NCBI GenBank assembly: GCA_038245295.1
Contig: JBBRSP010000012.1
Span: forward strand, 96,001-160,000
Direction of reading: 5' to 3'
Source: Candidatus Binatia bacterium
Lineage (GTDB): Bacteria; Desulfobacterota; Binatia; HRBIN30
DNA: 64,000 nucleotides
Below the pieces are notes generated by a model. That model searched no databases. It was not told the DNA's origin and saw nothing but the letters and a program-made list of their open reading frames with translations. Numbering within the stretch: the first letter of the stretch is position 1; each line of letters begins with the position of its first letter. The translations under genes and the position numbers were made by a program. Shown piece after piece: positions 39,515 to 48,487 of the stretch.

Positions 39515-39877
39515 TCAGCAGCTACGATTGCCGCTGCAACAACCACTGCCTTGTTTGGTGTCCGTCGCAGGCGGGCTGATCTTAGCCCACTTCGCCAATT
39601 CAGTGCGATGCGGATAACGGCCAGCCAAGGCCATTTCGCCGTCGACCAAAATCAACGGCAGTGCCTCCGCTCCCGACCGTCCCAGAGAACTTTTGACGAC
39701 AGGGTTTTCTGCAAAAGCCATCGGTTGTTGTGCAAGATTGAAACGCTCAATCTGCCCCCCTTGGCTTTTCAGCCAGTCAACATCGGCGGCGAAAGTGACC
39801 TTCTCCTGGTCAACATCGACATGACAAATGCCGGTGCTGCAACAGAGGGCAGGATCGTAAACCTGAATCTTGGTCAT
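39515..39877 (-). CDS. arsD: arsenite metallochaperone ArsD
   Basis: IQVYDPALCCSTGIC...VD, ERFNLAQQP.AF, LPL.LVDGE...GRYP, C-terminal CC...C; AAGGAG RBS. Confidence 0.95.
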   Translation of the reverse strand: MTKIQVYDPALCCSTGICHVDVDQEKVTFAADVDWLKSQGGQIERFNLAQQPMAFAENPVVKSSLGRSGAEALPLILVDGEMALAGRYPHRTELAKWAKISPPATDTKQGSGCCSGNRSC

Positions 39878-39900
39878 GTCGGTCTCCTTTGAGTTGTGGG

Positions 39901-40120
39901 TCACAGTTGATCTTTGCCGATGGCAGACAATGCGGCCGCCAACTCATCCTGTGGCATCGTCTCGACCGGCAGGGCTAGAAGCGCTTTGACCCGCCGTTCA
40001 AGTTGGGCATAGACGCTGTCGAATACGGCCGCCACTTCGTCGGCCGTGCCTTCGGCATGGGCCGGATCGGGCACACCACAATGAGCTTTGATCGGTCCGC
40101 CCGGAAAAAGCGGGCGACTC
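39901..40120 (-). pseudogene. arsC: arsC (LMW-PTP-type arsenate reductase) C-terminal remnant
   Basis: ESRPLFPGGPIKAHCGVPDPA.AEG..DE....F..VY..L..RV..LL.LP matches the ArsC tail (typically CP.WPG...HWG.PDP); no N-terminal CxxNSxRS loop. Confidence 0.75.
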
Positions 40121-40427
40121 TCGGGACCGACTCTCGGGACACCCACCGTCCTCTCATGCCCCCCACCGATTCGCGGATGGGCCCCTCTGCCGCCGACCCA
40201 AGTCAACCTGGATGCGCAGTGGTGGTCGGGCAGATCTTTCGCACACCACGGTTCGTTGATGTGATCGGAGTGTGTACGGGGACCGATTTATACTGACTGC
40301 ACCTAACTTGCTTTGAGGGGCCAAACCCCGTTGACGGCGAGCCATGTGGCATTGGCATTCGCGTTGATGAGTCTGGGTCTCGAGGGCCGATAGCCGCAAC
40401 TCATTGCCGCACGGAACAGGTGCCTAG

Positions 40428-40766
40428 ATGCCCAAACCACGTCACCAACTCGTCGATGTCGCCGCCACCCCCTTCTATCATTGCATGAGCCGCCTGGTGA
40501 GGCTCGCCTTCCTGTGCGGCAACGATCCGCTCACCGGCGCCAACTTCGATCACCGCAAGGGCTGGATCGCCGAACGCATGAAGCAGCTCGTCGACATCTG
40601 TTCCTACGGCCTGATGAGCAACCACTTCCACGTGGTTCTGCGCGTCCGCACGCGTCGGCACCTGGAGCGCGCAGGAGGTGGCGTAGCGCTACGAACGGCT
40701 GTTCCGGCCCACCGTCCAAAATGCGCGCAAGTGGCCGGCCGGACCATACCTCGAGGGACGTTGTAA
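40428..40766 (+). pseudogene. REP-associated-type tyrosine (Y1/HUH) transposase remnant
   Basis: MPKPR..LVD...TPFYHCMSR.VR.AFLCG.D..TG..FDHRK.WI..R...DICSY.LMSNHFHVVL; homology lost after the HUH motif. Confidence 0.8.
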
Positions 40767-40874
40767 CTCTCTCAAGTCTCAGCAGGTAGACGCCGAGAGC
40801 CATCGCGCGCTGCACCGCATCCTGCTCATGGTCGAAAGGGCACGGACGACGGTCCAAGCTAAGGCGAAGGAGGA

Positions 40875-40946
<72 letters not shown>

Positions 40947-41011
40947 ATACTCGCTGTGCCACGAGAACTTTGGTTCCTAGGTCAATCGGTTTGGGGTGTC
41001 AACGAAGCCGC

Positions 41012-41629
41012 TCAGAGAACAGCGCTGCTGGCGGGCGGCGGCTTGAATCCTTGAGCCACGGCGTACAACTCGGCAGAGCCTTTGCGCGTCGCGTCCGGCT
41101 TGGTGGAACGCACTTCGCGAAACTGGAGGCGTAGTTGATCGAGATAGGGCTTGGTGGCTTCGCGCATAAAAAGCTTCACGACGAGTGTGCCGCCGGGCTT
41201 GAGGATTCGATGGGTGACATCCAACGCGATTTGCCACAACACAATCGAGTTGGCTTCGTCGCGATCGCGGATGCCGCTCAGTTTCGGCGAGAGGTCGGAC
41301 AGGACGACGTCCACCTTGCCACCAGCACACTCGATAACTCGATCGAGAACCTTATGATCGGTGATATCACCCTGCAGACCCTTGGCATGCAGAGCCCCGG
41401 AGATGGCGGCAATCGGTTGGAGATCGACGCCGATCACACACCCGGCAGGCCCAACCGCCTCGGCCACGACTTGCATCCAACCGCCGGGCCACGCACCCAG
41501 GTCAACAACGCGCGCCCCAGGACGGAACAACTTGTACTGCTTGGCTAGCTCCTCGAGCTTGTAGGCGGCACGCGAGCGATATCCTTCGCGCTTGGCGCGC
41601 GTGTAGAAGGCATCCTTGCGCTCGTACAC
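41012..41629 (-). CDS. rlmE: 23S rRNA Um2552 methyltransferase RlmE/FtsJ
   Basis: AKREGYRSRAAYKL, VVDLGAWPGGW, VVLSD.SP, KP.ATRK.S.E.Y. Confidence 0.95.
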   Translation of the reverse strand: MYERKDAFYTRAKREGYRSRAAYKLEELAKQYKLFRPGARVVDLGAWPGGWMQVVAEAVGPAGCVIGVDLQPIAAISGALHAKGLQGDITDHKVLDRVIECAGGKVDVVLSDLSPKLSGIRDRDEANSIVLWQIALDVTHRILKPGGTLVVKLFMREATKPYLDQLRLQFREVRSTKPDATRKGSAELYAVAQGFKPPPASSAVL

Positions 41630-41644
41630 GAACGCAACGCTACC

Positions 41645-41893
41645 TTAGTAGGCCCGTGTTTCGCCGTGCGCGTGATGCCCGAAAAAGTTTTCCAAATAGG
41701 GACGCGACACAACGTAGTGCAACGGGCGAAACACCAACCATTCGAACGTGAAACCGATCGGGTACACGACGTAGGCAGCGATGCGCAGCGGATGAGTCTG
41801 CGTATCATCGTAGTCTTCGGTGCTCGCGAAGACTCGGCTCGAAGTCACACCCAACGTACACACCAAGGCAAATACAGTGATAAAGCGCTTCAT
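41645..41893 (-). CDS. small exported/membrane hypothetical protein
   Basis: GAGGAG RBS; signal-like N-terminus; HPLRIAAY..YP.G...EW..FRP.H motif-like core. Confidence 0.75.
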   Translation of the reverse strand: MKRFITVFALVCTLGVTSSRVFASTEDYDDTQTHPLRIAAYVVYPIGFTFEWLVFRPLHYVVSRPYLENFFGHHAHGETRAY

Positions 41894-41947
41894 GGGTTTA
41901 TCTCCTCGACACGCAGACCGTACCAGAAGAACCTGGTACAGCCAATC

Positions 41948-42706
41948 TCAATTTGGAATTCCGACGAAGCTGAGCTGACGCCCCGTGCACCCGCCGCTGG
42001 CGCGGTGTGAGAAGTAGGCGTCTGCTTCGCAACGTGTGCACCCACCAAGCAGGAGGACGGCCTCACTCCTGACGCCGGCCAGCTCCAGTTGCCGCGCGTT
42101 GAGTCGCCGCAGGTCGACCCTAACCTTGGTGTTTTCACTGACTACCCCCAATGCCTCCGCAACGTCTGCCTCTACTTCGTAGCAGCACCCGCCAATCGAC
42201 GGCCCGAGCAGCGCCTCGACCTGTTCGACGGGTAGGCTGAATCGTTGCGTCAGGACCTCGAGCACGCGTCCCACAATCCCGGCGGCGGTACCGCGCCAAC
42301 CGGCGTGGATGGCCGCAACGCAGCGCCCCGAACGCGCCCGCAACAAAATCGGAACGCAATCCGCCGTCAGAACGCCAACGGCAATTCCGGGACGATCGCA
42401 GACGATCGCATCGGCCTCACCAAGCCGCACAGGGGGCGGAGCACTCGGATCCGACCCAGGCGCATCACCCTCGACGACAAGTATGTTGGTGCCATGAACC
42501 TGGCGTGGAATGACCAATGGTACATCGTGGAGGTGGAGCTGAAGGCGACGCCAGTTCTCGGCAACTCGTTCGGGATCGTCGTTCACACTGAAGGAAAGGT
42601 TGAGCTCCGAATAGGCGTCGGCGCTAACGCCGCCGGCGCGGCCGGTGAACCCGTGAATCGATGGACCCCACTCCGCCGCCTGCAGAATCGGGATCGCGGG
42701 AATCAC
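41948..42706 (-). CDS. pgeF: PgeF/YfiH family (peptidoglycan editing factor / nucleoside phosphorylase)
   Basis: HGFT.R.GGVS, QVHG, TADCVPILL, HAGWRG, GPSIG.CCYEV, CT.C....YFSHR...TGRQ. Confidence 0.92.
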   Translation of the reverse strand: MIPAIPILQAAEWGPSIHGFTGRAGGVSADAYSELNLSFSVNDDPERVAENWRRLQLHLHDVPLVIPRQVHGTNILVVEGDAPGSDPSAPPPVRLGEADAIVCDRPGIAVGVLTADCVPILLRARSGRCVAAIHAGWRGTAAGIVGRVLEVLTQRFSLPVEQVEALLGPSIGGCCYEVEADVAEALGVVSENTKVRVDLRRLNARQLELAGVRSEAVLLLGGCTRCEADAYFSHRASGGCTGRQLSFVGIPN

Positions 42707-44178
42707 GCGCGTTCAGAGCAGCAGTTGCGAATCAGTTCGCGAAGCTGTGCCGGATTGGTTGTCTCGAGATGCAAGATGGTATCGATTGCGCGTTCCATCT
42801 TCTCCTTGCGCAGGGAGTAACGCGTTTCGCGGCGAAACTTGTCTTCGACACTCTTACGACGATCATCAAACGTGCGGCCCACGGCGCCGAACGGGATCTC
42901 TTGTTCCGCTTCGAAGTGGCGCCCATCCTCCATCTCGATGCGCACGCGCGACCCGAACGACATCTTGAAATTCGCCAATTCCGCCGATCGTAGACTCAGC
43001 TCGAAGCGTTGCCCGCCACTGTCGTGAGCCACCTTCACGGGCGACGCCGAGCGCATACGCTGGCCCATTTCTTCGTCCAGCGAGAGGGTAACTTTCTCAG
43101 CCAAAGCCCATGTGGCCGCATCTTTGATCCGCTCGCGCGTGAACTGACGCGCCGTCAGCTCCTTATCGAGCAAGGCCGCGGCGACGTTGTATCCAACCGT
43201 AAAATTGAGGGTCACCGGCAGACTGTCGGGACCGCAGAGAAAGGGAGCCGCCATTGCCTGCATCCCGAGGGCGAGGGGGCTGGCCGCGACGCTGACGCTC
43301 TTCACCTTCTTACCATCGATACTGTGCTGTCGCTGTAAGCTGAGAACACAATCGATGATCGTGTCGATGTAGGCGCAGCCCGGATACAGCTTGTAGGACA
43401 AGGTCTCACTGAGCCAAACCTCGCCCAACCCGTCGAAGGCCACCAACAGGGGTTGGGCAGCAAAGACCGACGCAAAACCACCCTCGTCTTCGACAATGCC
43501 CGCATGGCCACGCAGCCCGTTCGCCGCCAACTGCGCCGCCTGCACACCCGCCGTGGTTGTCGAGGCGGCAAGCAGGATCTTGGCGTCCGAGCCGAAGAAG
43601 CCGGGGCGCAGCGGGTACGTCGGTTGAACCAAGGCAATTCCCAAAGCGGATTGCGCTTGAGTCTCGTCCAACCCAAGCATCTTCGAGCCAACGGTCGCAC
43701 CGGCGGCGAGATGGATGAAGCTCCACATCTGACCGTTGAGCGGCCCGGACATACACGCCGCGCCGAAACGCCCACCGACTTCGTTCGCGGCGATCTGCGC
43801 CAACAGAACATCCTTGCCCGAAAGCCCAAGCTGCTCGCCGAGCGCCAAGGAGGCCAAGACCGCGGAATGCCCCGTATGGCCGGCGAAGAGATAGTCGTCG
43901 TAGTCGAGGGCCATGCTCAGGGCAGCGTTGGCATAGAGAGCGTTATGCAGCGACGTACGCTCACCCGACGGGATCATCGTCGCGTCTTTCGAAGCGCCCC
44001 ATTCGCGCACAGTGCGCGAAACGACCTTTCCAGCGTCGGAGAAATGGCCGGCGTGGACGGCGGCAACAACCGAAAGCAACTGATTCTTGGCTTCCTCGAC
44101 GACACGGCGTGGCAGGTCGTCAAACTTGACGCGGTTTACCCACCCCGCAATGCGCCCGGTAATGCTTCCGCTACTCAT
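42703..44178 (-). CDS. MmgE/PrpD family protein
   Basis: DLP..VVEEAK, ALDYDD...GH, AA.LA..G..G, K.YP.C; start ATG 44178. Confidence 0.88.
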   Translation of the reverse strand: MSSGSITGRIAGWVNRVKFDDLPRRVVEEAKNQLLSVVAAVHAGHFSDAGKVVSRTVREWGASKDATMIPSGERTSLHNALYANAALSMALDYDDYLFAGHTGHSAVLASLALGEQLGLSGKDVLLAQIAANEVGGRFGAACMSGPLNGQMWSFIHLAAGATVGSKMLGLDETQAQSALGIALVQPTYPLRPGFFGSDAKILLAASTTTAGVQAAQLAANGLRGHAGIVEDEGGFASVFAAQPLLVAFDGLGEVWLSETLSYKLYPGCAYIDTIIDCVLSLQRQHSIDGKKVKSVSVAASPLALGMQAMAAPFLCGPDSLPVTLNFTVGYNVAAALLDKELTARQFTRERIKDAATWALAEKVTLSLDEEMGQRMRSASPVKVAHDSGGQRFELSLRSAELANFKMSFGSRVRIEMEDGRHFEAEQEIPFGAVGRTFDDRRKSVEDKFRRETRYSLRKEKMERAIDTILHLETTNPAQLRELIRNCCSERA

Positions 44179-44340
44179 CCTGGTTCGCCTTTCAAAGACT
44201 CGTGACGCCGCCGCTTGTAACCGAAAGTGGACGCAATACGCCAGTGCTGATCGCTCACACCAGGCCAACTGCACCAGGCCAGAGACTGGCCGCAATATGG
44301 AATCTTTCGCCCAGACACGTCGATCGGAGGAGTTCTCCGA

Positions 44341-44775
44341 TCAAAACAGGCGGCGGTACTCAATCGCCGGGCATCGATCCATGACGACGGTTAACCCAGC
44401 CGCATTGGCCCGTTCTGCGGCCGCTTCGTCGATGACACCAAGCTGCAGCCAGACAATCCGCGCGCCCAATTCAATCGCCTCATCCACGACCGCTCCGGCT
44501 TGTTCCGATCGACGAAAGACATCGACCATTTCCGCACCAGGGACGATGTCGGCCAGTCGCGCATAACACGGGCGATCGAGCACGGAGGTGACCGCGGGGT
44601 TCACCGGAACCACATCATGGCCGCGCTGGATCAGCAGTTGGGCAATGCGAAAGCTATCGCGCCTCGGATCAGCCGAACAGCCAACGACGGCGATACGGCG
44701 CGGAGTCGCCAAGATGTCACGGATGACTGAGTCAGAGGGGTTCTGGAACACAGGCAACCACGCGGTCAAACGCAA
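44341..44775 (-). CDS. CoA-binding protein (YccU-like)
   Basis: IAVVG.S..P.R.S, PVNP, VDVFRRSE, WLQLGV, VVMDRCP.IE. Confidence 0.92.
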   Translation of the reverse strand: MRLTAWLPVFQNPSDSVIRDILATPRRIAVVGCSADPRRDSFRIAQLLIQRGHDVVPVNPAVTSVLDRPCYARLADIVPGAEMVDVFRRSEQAGAVVDEAIELGARIVWLQLGVIDEAAAERANAAGLTVVMDRCPAIEYRRLF

Positions 44776-45269
44776 CGTGCGTCGGTCGGGGAAGGAGCAA
44801 GGCGATCAATGATGCGCGCCAGACAGACTTTGATCTCGTCACGGCAAGCCGCATAAACTTCCTCGCCTTTGCCGACGGGGTCTTCGATGTCGCCGATGAC
44901 GCCGGCGAACTCCTTCAGCGTCTGGACCGGCTTTCCGACAGCTTCAGGGAACCCGTCCTCCAACATTCTAATCTGCGGTGCGGTCATGGCGAGGATCAGA
45001 TCGGCGGCAGAAACGAGATGACGATTCCGCTTGAGGTCGGTCGAAACCGCTTCGGGCGAAATGACGATGCCTTCGTCCCGCAACACGAGACGGGCATCCA
45101 TCGAGACGAGTGCGCCGTCCCTAGCGTATGCGGCCACTCCGCCACTGCGAAGGTCGATGAGGTGGCCGACGCCGCGAGCGTCGATCATTCGGCGCAGCAG
45201 TGCCTCGGCGATGATGCTGCGACAAGTGTTGGCGTGACAGATGATGAGAATGTTGCGGAAGGGAACCAC
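44766..45269 (-). CDS. low-molecular-weight protein phosphatase (PtpA/YwlE-like)
   Basis: CHANTCRS P-loop, ADLILAM, DIEDPVG...Y..C.DEI; GTG 45269 start inferred. Confidence 0.85.
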   Translation of the reverse strand: MVPFRNILIICHANTCRSIIAEALLRRMIDARGVGHLIDLRSGGVAAYARDGALVSMDARLVLRDEGIVISPEAVSTDLKRNRHLVSAADLILAMTAPQIRMLEDGFPEAVGKPVQTLKEFAGVIGDIEDPVGKGEEVYAACRDEIKVCLARIIDRLAPSPTDARCV

Positions 45270-45328
45270 GGGGGAGCACTCCCGTGCGGGGCGGCAAGGG
45301 GCCACCCCGCACGTGTGAGCCGACAGGC

Positions 45329-46276
45329 TTACCCAGCCATCGCTGCCATCAGGATCTTGGTCATATCTTCTTTTTCCGTGGCGCCCTTAGCGAGCTCCGT
45401 CTTGAGCGCGCCACCGAGCTTGTCGGCATCCCAGGTGGACTGCTGCGAGACCTTACCAACGGTGTGCCACCCTTGCATCAGCCAAACCGTGCCACCACCG
45501 ACCCGGAAGACTTCACCATGAACGCCGCTGGCATCGTCGCTCGCCAGCCAGGCAACCAACGGCGCAATGTTCTGCGGTCCGAAGATATCAAATTCACCGG
45601 CGCCCACTTCACGTCCCATGATGGCCGCCGTCGAGGGCGTCGCGTCGACAGTGAGACGCGTGCGAGCGATCGGGGCAATCGCATTCGCGGTAACGCCGTA
45701 CTTTGCCATCTCCTTGTCGATGATGATCGCCATACAGGCCAACGCCGCCTTGGCGGAGCCATAATTGCCCTGGCCGAGGTTGCCGAGCAGACCGGCATCC
45801 GAAGACGTATTGATGATGCGACCGTTCAAGATGCTGCCCTTCTTATGCTCTTCACGCCAGTACTCGCAGGCGTGTCGAGCCATATTGAAGGACCCCTTGA
45901 GGTGGACGGCAATCACGGCGTCCCAGTCCTCTTCGGCCATATTGAAAATCATACGATCGCGCAGGATGCCGGCGTTGTTGACGACGATATTGAGCTTTCC
46001 GAACGTATCGATGGCGCATTCGATGATGCGCTTGGCACCCTTGAAATCGGAAACACTTTCGCCGTTGGCGATGGCGTCGCCGCCCATCTTCTTGATCTCG
46101 ACAACAACCTCTTGCGCCGGCGTACCGGTTGATCCGCCACTGCCGTCGAAGTGAGCCCCGAGGTCGTTCACCACGACCTTGGCGCCCAGGTGCGCCATCA
46201 AGAGCGCTTCCTCGCGGCCAATGCCGCGCCCCGAACCGGTTACAACCGCAACTTTACCCTCGAGTAGACGTGCCAT
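45329..46276 (-). CDS. SDR oxidoreductase (hydroxyacyl-CoA dehydrogenase-like)
   Basis: VTGSGRGIG, VVVNDLG, NNAGILRDR, GQ.NYGSAKA, NAIAP.ARTRLT. Confidence 0.92.
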   Translation of the reverse strand: MARLLEGKVAVVTGSGRGIGREEALLMAHLGAKVVVNDLGAHFDGSGGSTGTPAQEVVVEIKKMGGDAIANGESVSDFKGAKRIIECAIDTFGKLNIVVNNAGILRDRMIFNMAEEDWDAVIAVHLKGSFNMARHACEYWREEHKKGSILNGRIINTSSDAGLLGNLGQGNYGSAKAALACMAIIIDKEMAKYGVTANAIAPIARTRLTVDATPSTAAIMGREVGAGEFDIFGPQNIAPLVAWLASDDASGVHGEVFRVGGGTVWLMQGWHTVGKVSQQSTWDADKLGGALKTELAKGATEKEDMTKILMAAMAG

Positions 46277-46476
46277 GCACTCCTCCTTAACGAAATCGAA
46301 CGTTGGCTTGTTCGTGCTTTGACGCGCGCGGCTCCACGTGAGCCGACGTCAGGACAAACTCCAAATAACTGCCCCCAAATCCAAAGCCTTGTCAAGGCGA
46401 CCCGCTCATGCAGTTGCCGCGACAACCCTCGTCGCCGGGGCGGAATGCTCAAGACGTCGATAGGTCGACTTCTCCT

Positions 46477-46505
46477 TTGAGTGAACCGTCAAAAAACGCT
46501 ATCAT
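46477..46505 (+). promoter_or_regulatory. putative sigma70 promoter
   Basis: TTGAGT-N17-TATCAT 21 nt upstream of the small ORF at 46527. Confidence 0.6.
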
Positions 46506-46526
46506 CACCCGCCGTGGAGGTAGCCG

Positions 46527-46667
46527 ATGCGTCAGTTCATCTACGGAGTGCTTTGCGGCGTAGGATTCTGGTTGGCCTGGGAGAAATCGGATCCCGTCGC
46601 CATGTTCCGCCACCTCAACAATCTGACCGCCGACGCCGCTAAATCAACAGTCGGCTACAGACACTAG
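46527..46667 (+). CDS. 46-aa single-TM microprotein
   Basis: GGAGGT RBS; MRQFIYGVLCGVGFWLAWEKSDPVAMFRHLNNLTADAAKSTVGYRH*; shares CTAG stop overlap with the convergent gene. Confidence 0.72.
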   Translation: MRQFIYGVLCGVGFWLAWEKSDPVAMFRHLNNLTADAAKSTVGYRH

Positions 46668-47497
46668 CGCATCGCCAAAACGGTTCGGCCGCAACCCGAT
46701 GCCGCCGCATCGCGAATCGCCTGCATAGCCTCGTGCCGTGACAGCTTCCCAGAGCGTCGCATCGATCGCATCTCACGACCGATACACATCAAATATTCGC
46801 CGCGCGACTTCCATAACCCGCCCACTCGCGGCCCGTTGCAGGGGCACGCTTGGGCGGCCGTACAGCCGTGCGCCGAAACCGCCTCACGCCGATCGCTGTC
46901 AGAACACTCATCGCAGGCGTCCCCCACCTGGTCGTGGTCCTGGTCTCGTTGATCGACGTTCGCCACGTGCGGACAGTTGTCATTTGTGTCGGCAACCCCA
47001 TCGCCATCCGTATCCGAGTCCGCCTTATCGCTGGCAACCGCGAAGAGGACCACGAGATATGATTTCGCCGCATCGCGAGGAGATGCCAAGACTAGCTCTA
47101 TGCGTTGTTCAGCTGCGACTTGGCGACGCCCGCTATTGAGCATCACCTGCACACCGTCGATTTGCGCCTCGAGCACCATCAACTGCCGCATCAGGCCGAT
47201 TCGCTCCAAGAACCCCCTGCCGCCGATTTTGTGCGAACTGCTCGCAAGGTGCAGATTCGTAACCGCGGCCACTGCGGGGCGATCCGCCAGGGGTAGCAAC
47301 GTGACATCAAAGTCGCCGCTCAACGTTTCCGCGCGACTGACCGGCGAGGCGCCGTCACGACCGGTCTCGGTGATCGAACTTTGAGGCTGAAGGACATAGT
47401 GCCGACTGGTCGCCGCGGCGCATGGTCGCCCTCGACTGGCGAGAAGGAGGAGCACCGCAAAAGCCGGCGTGACTAGCCGTGAGTACGTCCGGGGCAT
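46664..47497 (-). CDS. secreted protein with thrombospondin type-3 Ca-binding repeats
   Basis: Signal peptide; DTDGDGVADTNDNCP..AN.DQ.D.D.D.VGDACD; Cys-rich tail. Confidence 0.8.
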   Translation of the reverse strand: MPRTYSRLVTPAFAVLLLLASRGRPCAAATSRHYVLQPQSSITETGRDGASPVSRAETLSGDFDVTLLPLADRPAVAAVTNLHLASSSHKIGGRGFLERIGLMRQLMVLEAQIDGVQVMLNSGRRQVAAEQRIELVLASPRDAAKSYLVVLFAVASDKADSDTDGDGVADTNDNCPHVANVDQRDQDHDQVGDACDECSDSDRREAVSAHGCTAAQACPCNGPRVGGLWKSRGEYLMCIGREMRSMRRSGKLSRHEAMQAIRDAAASGCGRTVLAMR

Positions 47498-47565
47498 TCG
47501 AGAAATTAAGATGTCGGTGAATGGGGCGGGAAGCAAGCGCTGAAGCTCAGCTTCGCACCGAATTG

Positions 47566-47985
47566 TCAGAAGGGAATGTCATCGTCTCCGCTGGGCTGCC
47601 CTGGGTCTTCGCCCGGCGGAACACTCATGGCACCGCCCTCGGCGCCCGCGCCGCGGCCTCCCGCTCCGCCAAGAAAGCGGACGTTAAGCGCAACGATTTC
47701 GGTAATATACTTCTTATTTCCATCTTTATCGTCGTAGTTGCGGGTTTGGATCCGCCCCTCGACGAACACTTGTCGACCCTTGGCGAGATACTGGCCGCAG
47801 CTCTCCGCTTGCTTGCCCCACACGACGACGTTGTGCCACTCTGTACGTTCCTGCATTTGCCCTTGCTGATCGCGCCACTTCTCACTTGTGGCTACCGGGA
47901 ACTTGGCAACGGCCTGACCGCCAGGGGTGAAGCGAACCTCGGGATCTTTGCCGAGGTTGCCGATGAGCATCACTTTGTTCAGCAC
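47566..47985 (-). CDS. ssb: single-stranded DNA-binding protein
   Basis: [39 protein letters not shown] tail. Confidence 0.97.
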   Translation of the reverse strand: MLNKVMLIGNLGKDPEVRFTPGGQAVAKFPVATSEKWRDQQGQMQERTEWHNVVVWGKQAESCGQYLAKGRQVFVEGRIQTRNYDDKDGNKKYITEIVALNVRFLGGAGGRGAGAEGGAMSVPPGEDPGQPSGDDDIPF

Positions 47986-48033
47986 AGTGTGAAGACGCCT
48001 AACAAATGGCGATCAATCGTGTCAACCGATGAA

Positions 48034-48219
48034 TCAGACCTCGTCCCATTCCGGCGGGTCAACCGGCAACGCGGCCGACGTGGTGACTAGTCGGTGAACG
48101 ACGCTGCTTCGCCGTGGAAGCGCCTTGGTACGCCGGACCCTCGACGCCGGCGCCGGAATGATGAACGGAAGAACTTTCCCCCGGGTACCCGGAAGCGCCT
48201 CATCACCAATCTTCTTCAT
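48034..48219 (-). CDS. small hypothetical protein
   Basis: 61 aa, GAGGG RBS-like sequence, fills the gap upstream of ssb; no recognisable motif. Confidence 0.4.
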   Translation of the reverse strand: MKKIGDEALPGTRGKVLPFIIPAPASRVRRTKALPRRSSVVHRLVTTSAALPVDPPEWDEV

Positions 48220-48383
48220 CGTGTACTTTCCCTCTATCCTGTTGCGAGCAAGTAGGGTGCCGATCGCCCAGGTGGCGTAGCTTCAGCTAGACAGCCCGAT
48301 AGCTGTCTGGAGAAGCGGACACATTGCTGCAAATTCAGGAATTCCAGTGCCCCCTGAAGAGTACACTTTACACCACTCCCTTC

Positions 48384-48440
48384 AAACCAAAAGGGAGCGG
48401 GCTCGCACCGACGAATCGGCATCCGAGCCCGCTTCCCTTT
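48384..48440 (-). terminator. intrinsic terminator after porin gene
   Basis: AAAGGG(A)AGCGGGCTCG...CGAGCCCGCTCCCTTT stem followed by TGGTTT on the minus strand. Confidence 0.75.
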
Positions 48441-48487
48441 AACCACCGCCGCTCCACCCTACGTCGAGAACGGCAAAAGGACTGAGA

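Noticed and set aside
44766..45269. Second arsenate reductase
   Set aside because: Has the CX5R loop but lacks the ArsC resolving Cys pair and HW..DP motif; better fits a protein phosphatase
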